From: Octopus bimaculoides
Taxonomy: Eukaryota
DNA: 64,000 nt
Direction: 5' to 3'
Assembly (NCBI RefSeq): GCF_001194135.2
Contig: NC_068981.1
Coordinates: 108,043,359 to 108,107,358 of the forward strand
In this document: in pieces, positions 37,593 through 50,731 of the stretch
How positions within the stretch are numbered: the stretch's first letter is position 1
Layout of the letters: each line of letters begins with the position of its first letter
Notes under the pieces: generated by a model
What the model was told of the DNA's origin: nothing
The model's database searches: none
The model's input: the letters and a program-made list of their open reading frames with translations, nothing else
Translations under genes and position numbers: made by a program

Positions 37593-38877
37593 ACCATTAG
37601 ATGTCTTGATAAGTATAACATCTGTTTTATTGTAATTCCTTGTAAGAACAAATGTTCCTAAGAGTCCAGTGGATTTCATAATGGCTGTTCTAGTTTGTTG
37701 GTATTAATTTGTTAAGAAATAGACATTCTACTAGACAGAATACCCATTTATCATAGATAATATTCCTAGATGATCTAAGACATATTTCTGTCAGGTGAAC
37801 TGACTTACGAATAAGTGAATGCTATTTTACATCATGTCAAAATACCCACATTCAGTTTGTATCCAAGTCATTTGAACTGATTGTCCAATACCATCACCAT
37901 AATGGTGATGGTGACTCAAATACCTTTACACTAGCAGTAGTAGTTAGGAAACATCATCACATTCTCATAGCTATGGTGTAAACCACTCTAACAATTGATG
38001 GCAACTTCCTTATTATAACTGAAAAATAAGAGTGAAGATGGAGCTGAGATAACAAGTATTAATGGAGTGGTTGGGAACAGTAGTCAATATGTTCATCTTG
38101 TTAGTCCCTTCCTCTGTGATATTACTTGCACTACACTTAGTATATTATTCCTGCAACTTAAACAGACTTTACTAATATTTACCTGAAACATTAGACTACT
38201 CTTCTCCCTTACAACATTTATCTTATTACTGTTTGAACATGTTGTATTTGTCAAAATAGAACTTCACTAGTTTCCTTGGATCCATTTTATGTACTATTTA
38301 GTCAGGAACTAAAGCAGTATCCATGACCCTTTCCAGGGCCTCTGAGATTGATTATAAATAAGGAGGATATTATCCTTAATCTCAGGTAAAATTGTACTCA
38401 GAAATTAAAAAAAATTCAGAATAAATACTACAAAGCATGTCACCCAATGTTCTAATACTCTGCCAATTCATCACCTTCATATTTAAGTTATTCCCAAAAT
38501 GTATGCCAAGAGGATATTAGGATTACATGATAGTCCATTTGAAAAGTATTATTATATTCCATAATGTTGTATAAACCACTCCTGAGAAATTGTGTAAGCT
38601 AGGAGTCACTGGTGATGTGATATGAAGTCAAAGAGAGTGCAACAAAAACATTTTGCATAAACACTTGTCGACACACCTACAGGCAGAAGTCCTCAGTAAG
38701 TCATTGAAAGAAACAGCAATCACATTTCCAGGTGTTAAGTGAATGATTAGTGTACTGTTGTTATTTAGTCATGGTTTTGCCCTGATAGGGTAAACCTATG
38801 ATTAAATATATTCTATTTATGATTTTCCATCTTTTCTTATATCGGGCACTATGTTGTCTTGTATGTCCTTTTTTTTA

Positions 38878-39309
38878 GGTAGGGCTGGGTTTGGAAATGA
38901 TAAACACATTAAAAGTGTTTGACAAGCTTAAAAATATATTTGTATATATTTGTAAAGTTTACTTTTAAGTCATGTATTTCTTTTCTCAGAAACAGGACAT
39001 TTTTATTTATGTAAGGGTCAATGTTGGTTTTGAATCAGTCCCTACTCATTTCATTATGTTATATTTATTTCATCAATCATAGAAGGATCAGAAACAAATT
39101 TAACCATGGGGTTATTTCAACTAAAAACTATGAACCACAAAAAATTCTACGTCTTTCTTTGTTTCAGCTTTCTTCAATTATCAAAATGAGAATTGCAGAA
39201 TTTTGAATTCATTACATTTGTGAACATATTATTTAGACATTAAAATATATATTATAAAATATCTTGCTTTGTTATATTAAACATTTAGTTATTAAAAGTA
39301 TAGTTATTT
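38878..39309 (+). repeat. 432-bp direct repeat, copy 2
   Basis: As for copy 1. Followed by a short tandem TATTTCTATGGCTGC x2. Confidence 0.95.
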
Positions 39310-42300
39310 CTATGGCTGCTATTTCTATGGCTGCTATTTCTATAAGATGATGAAATCATGTAGAGGAGCCCTTGTTAGCCTTAGCAAATAGGTAAGGACC
39401 CTTACACAACTAATTCAGTAGAAGTTTTAATCTCAGCTGGGGAAATGACCAGGTTGGTAGTGCAACAAGCAAAATGCTTTACAGTATTTATTTATATCCC
39501 TTTAGATTCTGGGTTCAAACCTCAGAAAAGTGAACTTTATCTTTCATCCTTCTGCTGATGATAAAATAAAGTATCAGCAAAACACTGGAACTAATATAAT
39601 CAACTATACATAATCCCAAAATTTGTGGTTTTGTTCTTATGTTAGAAAGTATTTAATTTAACAATGAAGTTGGTAGAATGTCAGCCATTACATTCTACAG
39701 AGGGTTAGTGAAGTGTATGACAATAAGTATGTGAGGAATTCTAGATGTTGACAAAGAAAGTTTGTGTAATCTTATCTAGAAAATGTTATGTTTGGGAATT
39801 AAGGAACAATTTCCAAAAATCTTTGACCTGGTGATGCTACACAATAGAGTAGGAGTATGGCAGTATGTGTTCAAAATAATTCTACAGGTACAGAAGTTCC
39901 AGCATTAGAACCTGTTTTGAGATGAGCTGAAGGCCATGAAACAGTCTTACAATGCACTCCTTCTGTGTTCATGAGTGGAATAGATCTGGCTTTCAGCCAA
40001 GTTTTTGTTATAGAAATCAATTTACCACCTTCTTTTGGCAATGATGGGTGAATAGTCTTCCTGTACTCAGTAGCTTAGGCACAGGAATTTAACTGGATGC
40101 AGTTAAAAGCTTTGAAGACAGGATTTTTCCTTTCATGCCAAGCTCTCACCAGCTTCTTTAAGTACCAGTTGATGAGGAAGGCAATGGTAAGGTGAGAGAT
40201 GCTTCTTCTCAGTATATTTTATGAAAAGTGGTTGAGAGTGAATGTAGTAACTGTAGCTTGGTATCAAAAAGTAGATAGTATTTGCCTTTGATCTGTTAAG
40301 GAAACAATTAAATGGCTACCCCTCTCACCACATTGTATAAATTCTCTAATGTAGCAATATTGTTGTTCTGTACTATATTTGTTTCTTGTATCATTATTGT
40401 TATTGTTATCTATTTATTGTCTCATTAATTTTTATTGTTAAGACAACATACCTTGCAATATTTTTCTCAGTACTTTATATCTTAGGTTCAAATCCTGCTG
40501 AGGTCAACTTTGCCTTTCATCCTTTCAGGTCAATAAAATTAAGTACCAGTCAAGTGCTAGGGTAGAAAGTATCAACTAACCCTTCCCCTTAAAACTGCTA
40601 AATCACAAACCATTATCAAGGAGAGGATGGCTAAATCAACAGAGTACCTGATAAAAATGCTTTGCAAATTTAAATTACAGTTCAAATCTCAATTATATTG
40701 ACTTGGCCTTTTATCCTTCCAGTGACAATAATATAACTGTTGATCATGTAGTAATGGATCTTCATTGGTTTCAATGATGAATATTTAACTGTATGATCAA
40801 CGGAGCTGTTTGTTTATTGAGTTAGGCTGTAAATGACTGAACACAGGCAACTGTATCTTCAACATAATTCTCATGGCACAATGTATGACAAAGCTTGATC
40901 TTTAAATTACCAACATAATCTGATGAGCTTCCACACAGTTTCTTTCTATTTGTTTGGGTTGACTCAAGGCCATGCTGAGAGACACCTACCCAAGAATGCC
41001 ATGCTGTAGGATTGAACCTTGGACCTTGTGATTGTGAAGCGAACTTCTTAACCATGCTGTGTCCAAGTCGTGCAGTGCCCCCTCACCAGTTACTGGCTTT
41101 ATGCCAAGGCAAGAAAACATTGTTGTTATGGTGAAATGATCATAATGACGAGGAGGAGAAGGAGAAACAGGCAGAAAAGGGGAAAATGGAGAATAGAATT
41201 AAAAGAAAAAGAATAGAAAGCAAATGGAATAATTGTTTTCCTGACTAACAATCTTTCATTGTCAACTAAATAAGTTATGTTTCGTTCCTAAATATACTCA
41301 TTCTATTCTTAGCTTAGAGTGTCAGTTATTTGGTCGTTTTTTACCTTATATTTTATTCCTGGCAGCAAACACTTACATCAAAGTCAGTGTTTTGGCAACA
41401 AGTCCTTACTTGCAAACCATCCTTTATAAACTACACACTCTACTTGACCTCTCCCACCCTAATCATCATCATCCTCATCATCATCATCTTTGTGAGCATT
41501 GTGAGGCTTATAAATTGACAAACAGAGCAATCTATAGTGCTTAGTTTCTTTCACTATATACTGAGTTATAAGGTGGTTAGCTGGCAGAATCATTATCATA
41601 CCGAGGTTAATTTTGCCTTTCATCCTGTCGGAGTTGATAAAATAAGTACCAGCTGAACATGGGGTCAATGTAACTGACTTACACCCTCCCCTGAAATTGC
41701 TGACCTTGTACCAAAATTTGAAACCAATATATACTGAGTTTAAATTACATTAGTGTCAATTTTGATTTTTGCCCACCTGATGTCAATGAAATATGCACCA
41801 GTTATATAATGAGGTAAATTCAATAATCTATGACAATTCATCAAAGAAATCAATTTTATTGTAACTGGAGATGATTGAGACAACAGATCACCAGACTAGA
41901 TTTAGTTTTGTTTACATGAAACTTGTTTTTGATTATTTTATCTTTCTGAGAGTCCAGTAAAATAGATACTAGTAATATTCTAGGGTATTTCAAACAACTG
42001 TCACTGCAACTTGTTGCAACATTACTATTGGACCAGAATTACTTACTTAAGCCCTTTGTTCACTTTGGGGTATAGATCATTGACAACTTTTCTCCACTGT
42101 CCTGGACTCTGGATTGTCTTTTCCCTGAAGGAAGGCCTTCCTCTCCCCAGTTTTGTTGGTTTTGAATTGTTATTGATGTTTCTGTTACTGTTTTTTTCTC
42201 TAGGTAGGACTGTCAGCTCTACACAAACCCATTTTTACCTCTGGTAATCCATATTAACCTGGCATCTATCCATTGATCTGTCCAGTATGGGAGGCCCACA

Positions 42301-42626
42301 CCTGAAGCTTACACTCTTCTGGCACAGCTCTCAGGGTCCTTTCGGCATACAAACCACAACAAAGACTGGACCTTGTCTTAAATCAGTCTTTTCTCTTAAC
42401 ATTTTGAGCTCAAATCCTGCCAAAGTCAATTTTGCCATTCACCGGAGGATCAATAAAATAAAGTACCATTCAAGTTATGAGGTCAATGTAATTGACTAAA
42501 CCCACTCCTCAAAATTGCTGGCCTTGTTTCTAAATTAGAAGCAGTTATTATTATTACTAAAGCGGCAGTGTTTCATTTCTCTGGTGTTGATAAAAAATAT
42601 ACCAATCAAGAACTGGGGCTGATATT

Positions 42627-42840
42627 AAGGCGATAAGCTGACAGAAATGTTAGCATGCTGGGCAAAATGCTTAGCTGTATTTTGTCTGTCTTTGTGTTCT
42701 GAGTTCAAATTCTGCCATGGTTGACTTTGCCTTTCATCCTTCAGAAGGTCAATAAACAGGTACCAGTTGGGGTTAGTATAACAGATTTGCCCCCTCCCCA
42801 GAAATTGCTGGTCTTGTGCCAAATTTTGAAACCAATATTA
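42627..42840 (+). mobile_element. tRNA-derived SINE (family B)
   Basis: Head with B-box GAGTTCAAATTC and core GACTTTGCCTTTCATCCTT..GTC(A/G)ATAAA..GTACCAG. Other copies at about 13490, 30730, 39440, 40480, 41570, 42410, 46333 and 61440. Confidence 0.8.
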
Positions 42841-43229
42841 TTGTCTAACCTCCTACCTCAAGTTTCATTTCATGCCTTATGCCTATATCAAGAACAGTTA
42901 TAATTATTCTATATTCAGTAATAATTTCATGTATGCTTACATACTGATGATGTAATCCATGCATTGAAGCATAAGCAAATGAAAATATGAACAAGCAACA
43001 AATAAGTAATCATTACATCCACACCCACTCACATAAAAATACACAAAAAATCACATATGCAGATATATAAATGGTGAATAAAAAATCTCATGATGAATAA
43101 GTGTAGAAAATTATAGACTATTTTAAGTAGTATTTTGTTGTGTGTCTTTGTTAGAGTAACAAGAAGTAGATTCTTTACAAATTTTTGTTCTTAAAAACAA
43201 CATTTACAATGTTTGTAGCCTATATTTTT

Positions 43230-43264
<35 letters not shown>

Positions 43265-43713
43265 CTTTTTGACCTTTGATTATCTGATGAGATGAGCATA
43301 GATCAAATATAATGTGAAGTAATATTACATAATCATTTATATTCATGATGCATCTGAAATATTTATTTTTGAAACGATCATAATGAAAGAATATATGTAA
43401 TTTCAGTACCTATATGTGTGCACGTGTGTGTGCGTATGATGTACGCATGCATACATGCATACATACATACATACATACATACATACAATCATTCTTGCCT
43501 TCATACATACATACATATAGTAAGTCTATATATGTATGCATGTATTCTAGTTGAATAAGCTATTAAGGTCAAAACATGAGCTCCCACTCAAATCAATATT
43601 ATTAATAATTTTCATTCCACTTCATGTATAAGATCCCACTGTAAGTAGTTTTTTTGTTGTATATCAACAGGTTAATGAACAATTCCTAATAATAATGATA
43701 ATATATATATATA

Positions 43714-44095
43714 GGCGCAGGAGTGGCTGTGTGGTAAGTAGTTTGCTTACCAACCACATGGTTCCGGGTTCAGTCCCACTGCGTAGCACCTTTGGGCAAG
43801 TGTCTTCTACTATAGCCTCAGGCCAACCAAAGCCTTGTGAGTGGATTTGGTAGATGGAAACTAAAAGACGCCCGCCGTATATATGTATATGTATGTGTGT
43901 CTGTGTTTGTCCCCCCCACCATCGCTTGACAACCGATGGCGGTGTGTTTACATCCCTGTAACTTAGCGGTTCGGCAAAAAGAGACCAATAGAATAAGTAC
44001 TAGGCTTACAAAGAATAAGTCCTGGGTCGATTTGCTCGACTAAAGGCGGTGCTCCAGCATGGCCACAGTCAAATGACTGAAACAAGTAAAAGAGT
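43714..44095 (+). mobile_element. Near-intact tRNA-derived SINE (family A)
   Basis: GGCGCAGGAGTGGCTGTGTGGTAAG head, GGTTCAGTCC B-box, CTTGGGCAAGTGTCTT core, (TG)n linker and AAACAAGTAAAAGAG tail; CpGs retained. Other copies at 48491-48901, 50771-51180 and 40920-41055 (-). Confidence 0.88.
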
Positions 44096-44119
44096 ATATA
44101 TATACACATACACACACAC

Positions 44120-44954
44120 ACAGGGTGGGTGAAAAGGCATTAAAAATTGGTAATAAAATCCATATTCCTGCTACAAATTTATTGAAACAAATGATACATG
44201 TTCTTTATTGTATGGGAAAATGAAAGTAAATCTTCATATTTCAACATAAGCACCAGGGATGGAATGAATAACCTTCTGAAGGACGTCGTCTGGGATATCA
44301 TCGAGAACCTCCTGAATCCATGTCTCCAAGTCCTCCAGTGCTTGAGGTTTTGTCTTGTACACATCCTCTTTAATGTAACCCCACAGGTAAAAATCACATG
44401 TAGTGAGATCTGGACTTCTGCAGTCACAGTCTTCAGGCTTTTGCACCTGCATGTAATGGGGTTTCCACAGAAGAAAATTCAATTCTTTATGCAACACTGT
44501 ATGTATTGTGTATCTTGTTAGTCCACATTCACAAACTACTTGACATGCTGATTTTTACAGGCTGCAATTAAACATTTCCTGCACTGTTGCCACAGTCTCC
44601 GCTGATCGGGATGTGGTTGGACGGCCACTTCTTGCATCATTCACAGAGCCCATGGTCATCAGCTTTGCATGACAACTGTTTATTGTCTCTGGACATAGTG
44701 TTGCATGCTTACCTTTCCATGCACGCCACTATCTCTGAACCAAAACAATGGAATTCCACACTTCATAGCATGCTGCTATCTTAGCTCACTCCTGAACAAT
44801 CAAGTGACCAGACATCTGGAAAATAAGAAATAAGACAATAAGAAATCTCCATTAGTGTTGTCTGTTTAAAAAAATGTTTTTGTCATGACTTCAGTGATAC
44901 TAAAAATTCTATAAGTAATTTCTAATGCTTAGTTACTTTCCATCCACCCTGTAT
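44120..44954 (-). mobile_element. Internally deleted Tc1/mariner-superfamily transposon
   Basis: RSPDLTTCDFYLWGYIKEDVY..LEDL motif and RSGRPTT in the HTH linker. Imperfect TIRs CAGGGTGGGTGAAAAG / CAGGGTGGATGGAAAG. Confidence 0.85.
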
Positions 44955-46395
44955 NNNNNNNNNNNNNNNNNNNNNNNNNNNNNNNNNNNNNNNNNNNNNN
45001 NNNNNNNNNNNNNNNNNNNNNNNNNNNNNNNNNNNNNNNNNNNNNNNNNNNNNNNNNNNNNNNNNNNNNNNNNNNNNNNNNNNNNNNNNNNNNNNNNNNN
45101 NNNNNNNNNNNNNNNNNNNNNNNNNNNNNNNNNNNNNNNNNNNNNNNNNNNNNNNNNNNNNNNNNNNNNNNNNNNNNNNNNNNNNNNNTATATATATGTA
45201 TGTGTGTGTATATATATATATCACTTTATCTCATCTTTGCCCACTTATTTCTGGGAAGGTCACTGGGACAGACCCTTCAAGCACACCATCCATCAGGTCC
45301 TGTCAGAAGCAACTGTCTCCAATTGATCCTTCTGGTGTTGATAAAAGCTTATGGATGAACTGGGCTGGTCCACCCCTGGGCCTTCTGCTGTTTGGTTTTG
45401 CCCATAAAAGCTGTCCCCCTATTCTTTCCCAAGACATCCTTACCACTCTTACCACATGTCTGTAGTATCAGAGCTGTGAATTTGGAGAAGTAGTGGCCCT
45501 ACCTGCAGTGTCTCTCTTATCTCCAACTTATGCTCTCTATTGAGTAATGTTACTTGATATATACATATTACTGATTACGGCATGTAACTGGTCTGGTTTC
45601 ACTTCAAATATTGCCACCACACAAAACTGACATCTCTTCAGATCCTTTCTATTACTTATTTTGAATGTATTTTTGTTTCTTACTTATGAAACTAACTGAT
45701 AGTTTATATATAGATATACTCCTCCTCATCATTATCATTTAAAGTCCATGTTCCATGATGGTATGGGTTGGCCGGTTTAACAGGAACTTATGGCTCCAAG
45801 GACTACATGATGCTTTAGTGTCTGCTTTAGCATAGTTTTTATGGCTAGTTACCCTTCCTAAAGCCAACCACTTTATAGCACATACTGGGTGCTTTTTTTC
45901 ATGTTTGTATGTGTGTGTGTGTAACAATAACAGTCTTTGATCATACTTTTGTTGATCAGGAATTGATTCTTGCAATCATATGATCATTTGTAGTATCCCT
46001 TCTGCTCTTCTGACTGGTTGTTTCTTTTTTCCTGATGATTGTTCACTCATTACAATATTATTACAGTTAAGGCTTTGCAGGAAGGCAGGCTATGAACTTT
46101 TATAGTTTGTGGGGTTTGTAGTTTTCTTTAGATTGGAGTATTAATCACTTTATGAGTCAGTCAGTGTTGTCCCTCACTCTGTCAGTTTCCCATTATATTT
46201 CTCTACTATGAGTCCCTGTTAAATATTCTAACAAAAGTTAGGAATATTATCATCTCATTGTGCATTCTAGTCCCCCTTCCCCCAAATATCTGGGTATCTG
46301 GGGTATTTCTCCTATTATTATAACCACCTGAAAGGTGGCGAACTGGTAGAATTGTTAGCATACCAGGCGAAATGCTTAGTGGTATTTCATCTGTC

Positions 46396-47002
46396 GGATC
46401 TTGTTCAAAACGGGGGCACCAGTTTTCATTTATGTTTTATGTAGTGTTTTTGGTACTGAAAGACTTTCAAACTTCGTATACTTATCTATTTTGTGTTATA
46501 GAACAGAAAAAAATGTTTGTATTCGAATTTATTTCATGTAAAAAATTGTCTTATTTCGATAATTTCAACCAATCACTGACAAGTATTCAGCTGTTTACAC
46601 TTACTCCTTTGGCAGTTTAAGCGGTGTAAAGCGTATTTAATCTCCATTACTTCTGACATTTTGCAGAGAGGCAACACATGTNNNNNNNNNNNNNNNNNCA
46701 TGTGTGTTCGTTTTCCCTAACCCTAACTGACTTGCTCCTTCTCTCAAAAACCATGCCTTGTGCCTATAATAGAAAGGTTTATTAGCTACTGCCAATATGC
46801 TTCAGCCATTTTTTGACAAGGAAATAATAATTTTATCACCGCCAGAATCGTTTCAGAATCATTTGTTTACGTAGTCAGCACTTAATGAATTCGGCTGAAT
46901 GGATGTCAGTCATTGGTTGAAATTACAGAAATACGACAACTTTAACATGAAATAACTTGCGACGTTAAGAAAATACTGGTGCCCCCGTTTTGAACAAGAT
47001 CC
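46396..47002. mobile_element. Non-autonomous DNA transposon with a perfect 28-bp TIR and 8-bp TSD (Merlin-like)
   Basis: TIR GGATCTTGTTCAAAACGGGGGCACCAGT at 46396 and its reverse complement ending 47002. TSD CATCTGTC at 46388-46395 and 47003-47010. Splits a family-B SINE. Confidence 0.92.
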
Positions 47003-47530
47003 CATCTGTCTTCACATTCTGAGTTCAAATTCCATTGAGGTCAACTTTGTCTTTCATCCTTTCAAGGTTGATAAATTAAGTACCAGTGAAACACTGGGTG
47101 CAATGTAATCAACTCATCTCCTCCCTCAAGATGGATGCCTTTGTGGCAAAATTTGAAACCATTATGACCTTCTGCAATTGTTCAGAAATTGTATTCGTTA
47201 TTTTTAGCCATTGTATCCATGGTGACACCTTTCCTCTTTCCTGCTCTCTCTTCTCCACAAAAAATTCTTCTACTTCTTTTGCTGTTGGTACTGCATTCAT
47301 TTCTACTTTATTTTACTAAGTTCTTGGTAAAATTGTTTCAGATTTTAGTCTCATTCAAAGAATCACCAAAGTTTTCTATGCCAGTGAATTCTTTGCAATT
47401 TTAGCAAGGATCTTTTCTTCCAAGCAGTCTTTGATTTTGGCTAATTTTCTTTTCTTTTTTTTTTGTTAATATTATATTTCTGTAGCATTTCTGTCTTATT
47501 TTTTTCTAGTTGTGTCATTTTGTTGTTTAA

Positions 47531-47750
47531 CTCTTTAGCATTTAAACTGGCCATATCCGGCCCAAATGTTCTTCCTGCTTTCTCTTCAAACCAGCCAGAT
47601 CTGACCGCTAACAACTACCTTGGAATGTCATTCTCAAAATAAGCAATCACATCATCAGAATCTCAAAGCTATGAGATAATGCTTGATTAATTCAAAACAA
47701 TGTGAATAAATAATTATTACATTTGACAGGATATTTGAATGCTAAAAGGG
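47531..47750. mobile_element. TTAA-flanked piggyBac-like MITE
   Basis: TTAA|CTCTTTAGCATTTAAA ... TTTGAATGCTAAAAGGG|TTAA. Confidence 0.75.
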
Positions 47751-47754
47751 TTAA

Positions 47755-48260
47755 TTTTATGAAGGATTGAGAGATCCTTTCTTTTATTTTTCCATCTTTT
47801 TCGTGTATTTCTTTTCTTTGTTGACTGCTTGAGTTTCGACATTTCTATTTTAGTGAATCTGAGAGTGTTTCCACTTTCCTTCAAAACTACAGAAACTGTT
47901 GCATATATTATTTCATTTAGCATAGTAATATTGATGTTTATCTCTGTTTTAATTAAGTTTGTGATGATCAAATTTGTGTTTTGCATGTTGTTGTTTATTA
48001 TCGAGTTTCTTTTCCTTGGTCCATAGTAAAACCTTTTTTGTAACTTTTTAATTATTTCTACTATTAGATTGTCACTGTCATGACTTCCATCTTTAGAATT
48101 TCCTTTTCTTAAACCTTCCTCATATCCCCTTTTCTTTGTATTTTGTTTGTTTTTCTTGGTCAGTATTCTGTAGGTATTCTAAGGTCTGGAATTGTCATGT
48201 TTTGCTTTTATTCATTATATAGATGTCAGTTCTGTCTTCATGGTTTGCATTCTCAATGTT
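47755..48260 (-). mobile_element. R4/Dong-type LINE, N-terminal ORF remnant
   Basis: ITMLNEIIYATVSVVLKESG...RWKNKRKDLSIL resembles the pre-RT region of R4/Dong ORFs. Confidence 0.55.
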
Positions 48261-48339
48261 TTTTGTTACTTATGTTTTCATGATTTGTCATTTCATCCTT
48301 TGAGAGGTGACAAAACCAGTCAATTAGTTAAGGGTTATA

Positions 48340-49364
48340 GGAAATTTTGCTGTTGGAAAATTTGCCGAAAGGCAATTTGCTCTAGGAACATTCGCTATAT
48401 AGGAAAATTTAGCATAACACTAATTTGATGTATGGACAATGATAAAGCATACTATATCTGTATTAAATAAAAAAAAAGGTATGTTTTATAAGAGTTGTGG
48501 CTGTGTGGTACGAAATTTGCTTCCCAACTACATGGTTCCAGGTTCAGTTTCACTGTGTGGCACCTTGAGCAAGTGTTTTCTACTATAGCCTTGGAATCAT
48601 CAAAGTGTTACAAGTGGATTTGGTCAGATGGAAACTGAAAGAAACCAATCGCACATGTGTGTGTGTGTGCATGCACACGCACGTGTCTTTGTGTGTGTGT
48701 TTGTTCCCTACCAATACCTGACAACCAGTGTTGGTGTATTTATGACCCCATAACTTAGCAGTTCAGCATAAGTGACTGATAGAATAAGTATCAAGCTTAA
48801 AGAAAGTAAGTACTGAGGTTGATTCATTTGACTAAAATTCTTCAAGGTGATGCCCCAACATGGCCACAGTCTAATGGCTGAAACAAGTAAAAGATAAAAA
48901 GTATTGAAAAACTCAGAATGATATGATTAGAACAAAGAACAGTAACTTCCACATTGAAATACACAGTTCTGTTTCTAACATACATCCAAATATCATAACT
49001 TATTTGAAAAAGGAAAAGAGTTTAGCAAAAGAGAAAATGTGTGATTTAGATTGAGGAGATACAGCAGAGATGAAGAAAATTATAGCAATATTAATGCAAG
49101 ACTTCAGAGACAAATGATTTGATACAATCCACAGCAAAAAGTACATTATTTGCATCCCATTGTTTGGAATTTTCATACATTTTAAGTTACCTCATTGTGT
49201 TTGTTTAATGTTTAACATTAATTAAAAACTTGCCCATTTAATGTTTTATAAAATCATTCATCATTCTTTTTTATATCTAAAAAAATGCTTATATAATACA
49301 CTTTATCATTATCCATATGGCGAATTTTCCTATGTGGCAAAATTTCTTACAACGAAATTTCCAG
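48340..49364. mobile_element. Possible non-autonomous MULE-like element with subterminal repeats and a nested SINE
   Basis: About 15-bp GGAAA(A)TTTCGC-type units run in tandem at the left end and inverted at the right end. Confidence 0.45.
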
Positions 49365-49397
49365 ACATGGTAGTGTAGTCATTATTTTTAACAAACC

Positions 49398-49966
49398 CAC
49401 TCTCTTCAAATTCCAAATGTGTCCGCATAGATGATGGCTCACTTGCACTAAACGAGGCTGCAAAGAGAGAGGTTTGGAGACGCCACTATGAAAGGCTGCT
49501 TAATAAAGAGAATGAATGGGAGGAAGAGAGTCTGCTGCATGTCGACCCAACAGAGAGACCAGCTATCCTAATTGACAGTACCTTGGTAGATAAAGCGATC
49601 AAGAGTATGAAGACAGGGAAAGCCCCCGGCCCATCAAGAATCGCTGCAGAGATGCTCAAAATATCTGGCAGTGTCAGCTATAGCCTAGTCACCCGTATAG
49701 TTAATCAGGTGATACACGAAGGAGTCATACCCAATGACTGGTGTAGCAGCACCATAGTCAACTGCTACAAAGGTAAAGGTGACGCTTTAGATACAAACAA
49801 TTACAGAGGTATCAAGATGTTGGACCAGGTAATGAAGATCACCGAGAGGGTCATAGCCCAACAAATTAGGGAGAGAGTCAGTTTAGATGAGATGCAGTTT
49901 GGGTTCGTTCCAGGGAAAGCACCACTGATGCTATATTTCTGGTAAGACAGCTGCAGGAGAAATCAG
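49398..49966 (+). mobile_element. RTE LINE fragment, RT N-terminal region
   Basis: KAIKSMKTGKAPGPS..IPNDW..YKGKGDALDTNNYRGIKMLD..MQFGFVPGK. Confidence 0.93.
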
Positions 49967-50310
49967 TTCTTTTGCTGCCTTCTTTAAAAATCCATGTCTT
50001 AACCATCTCCAGGTTTCTTCATCAGCTTGCTGGAAAAACTCTCCATGTAGGACTTTCTCTTTCCAGTTGATGATCTTTTCTCTATTAGTCCTCATTTTGT
50101 ACACCTGGAGGGTTTCTCCCTTGTCACTGATCACTTTCTCACTCAGTGTAGCCTGCAACATTCTTTCATCACTGTTCCTTAGATAGGCATGCAAAGACTT
50201 GTTATTCTTCAGAACATCCTCTATTCCAATCAATCCTGTTCCATCTTTCTTCCTAGGTAAGTAAAGCATCGTTACATTAATTCTAGTATGGAGGTACCCA
50301 TGCATAGCTG
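49960..50310 (-). mobile_element. R4/Dong-type LINE fragment (post-RT region)
   Basis: LYLPRKKDGTGLIGIED..WKEKVLHGEF..TWRWLRHGFLKK motif. Confidence 0.85.
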
Positions 50311-50687
50311 TTTAATTTAATACTGCATCAATTGCATTTAGGCAGTATTAAATTGCATTTACAGGATTTTCATTTGACTGGGATGCTGTTTGCAACACCA
50401 GTGAATGTTTTTGAGTTTTAATTCAGCCCTGCATAAATGCATAAGAAATGTTTTAAATATGTACCGAATATCGTTCATGACAACAAGTAAACACCTACAG
50501 GTCTCTTTTCAAATTTCTACTTGCATGAATAAATTCTAAACAATTATATAATCCCAAATTTATCAATAAAAATCTTTTCCATAACAACTGGCCACAAAAA
50601 ACCTAATTACCACCCAAACTCAAACTCAAACAGATGATTTTTAATTTAACAGAGACTATATAAACGCAGAACTAACTCTAATGCACT

Positions 50688-50731
50688 GCAGTCTGATGAT
50701 GGCTCAGCTAGCCAAAACTTCGAAGTCACTA
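50688..50731 (+). ncRNA. Type I minimal hammerhead ribozyme motif (G12 mutated)
   Basis: AGT-CTGATGA-T-GGCT(cagct)AGCC-aAAA-C..; stem III is the perfect palindrome ACTTCGAAGT, then C (GUC triplet), then ACT pairing with the 5' AGT. Confidence 0.7.

Larger units (their letters stand above)
35160..40300 (-). mobile_element. Fragmented CR1-like LINE with nested insertions
   Basis: Minus-strand remnants: NLYKAQVRPTMKYC (RT C-terminus, about 35.4 kb), SFWYLSKE (36.65 kb) and weak endonuclease-like pieces at 38.0 and 39.9-40.3 kb. Confidence 0.5.
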
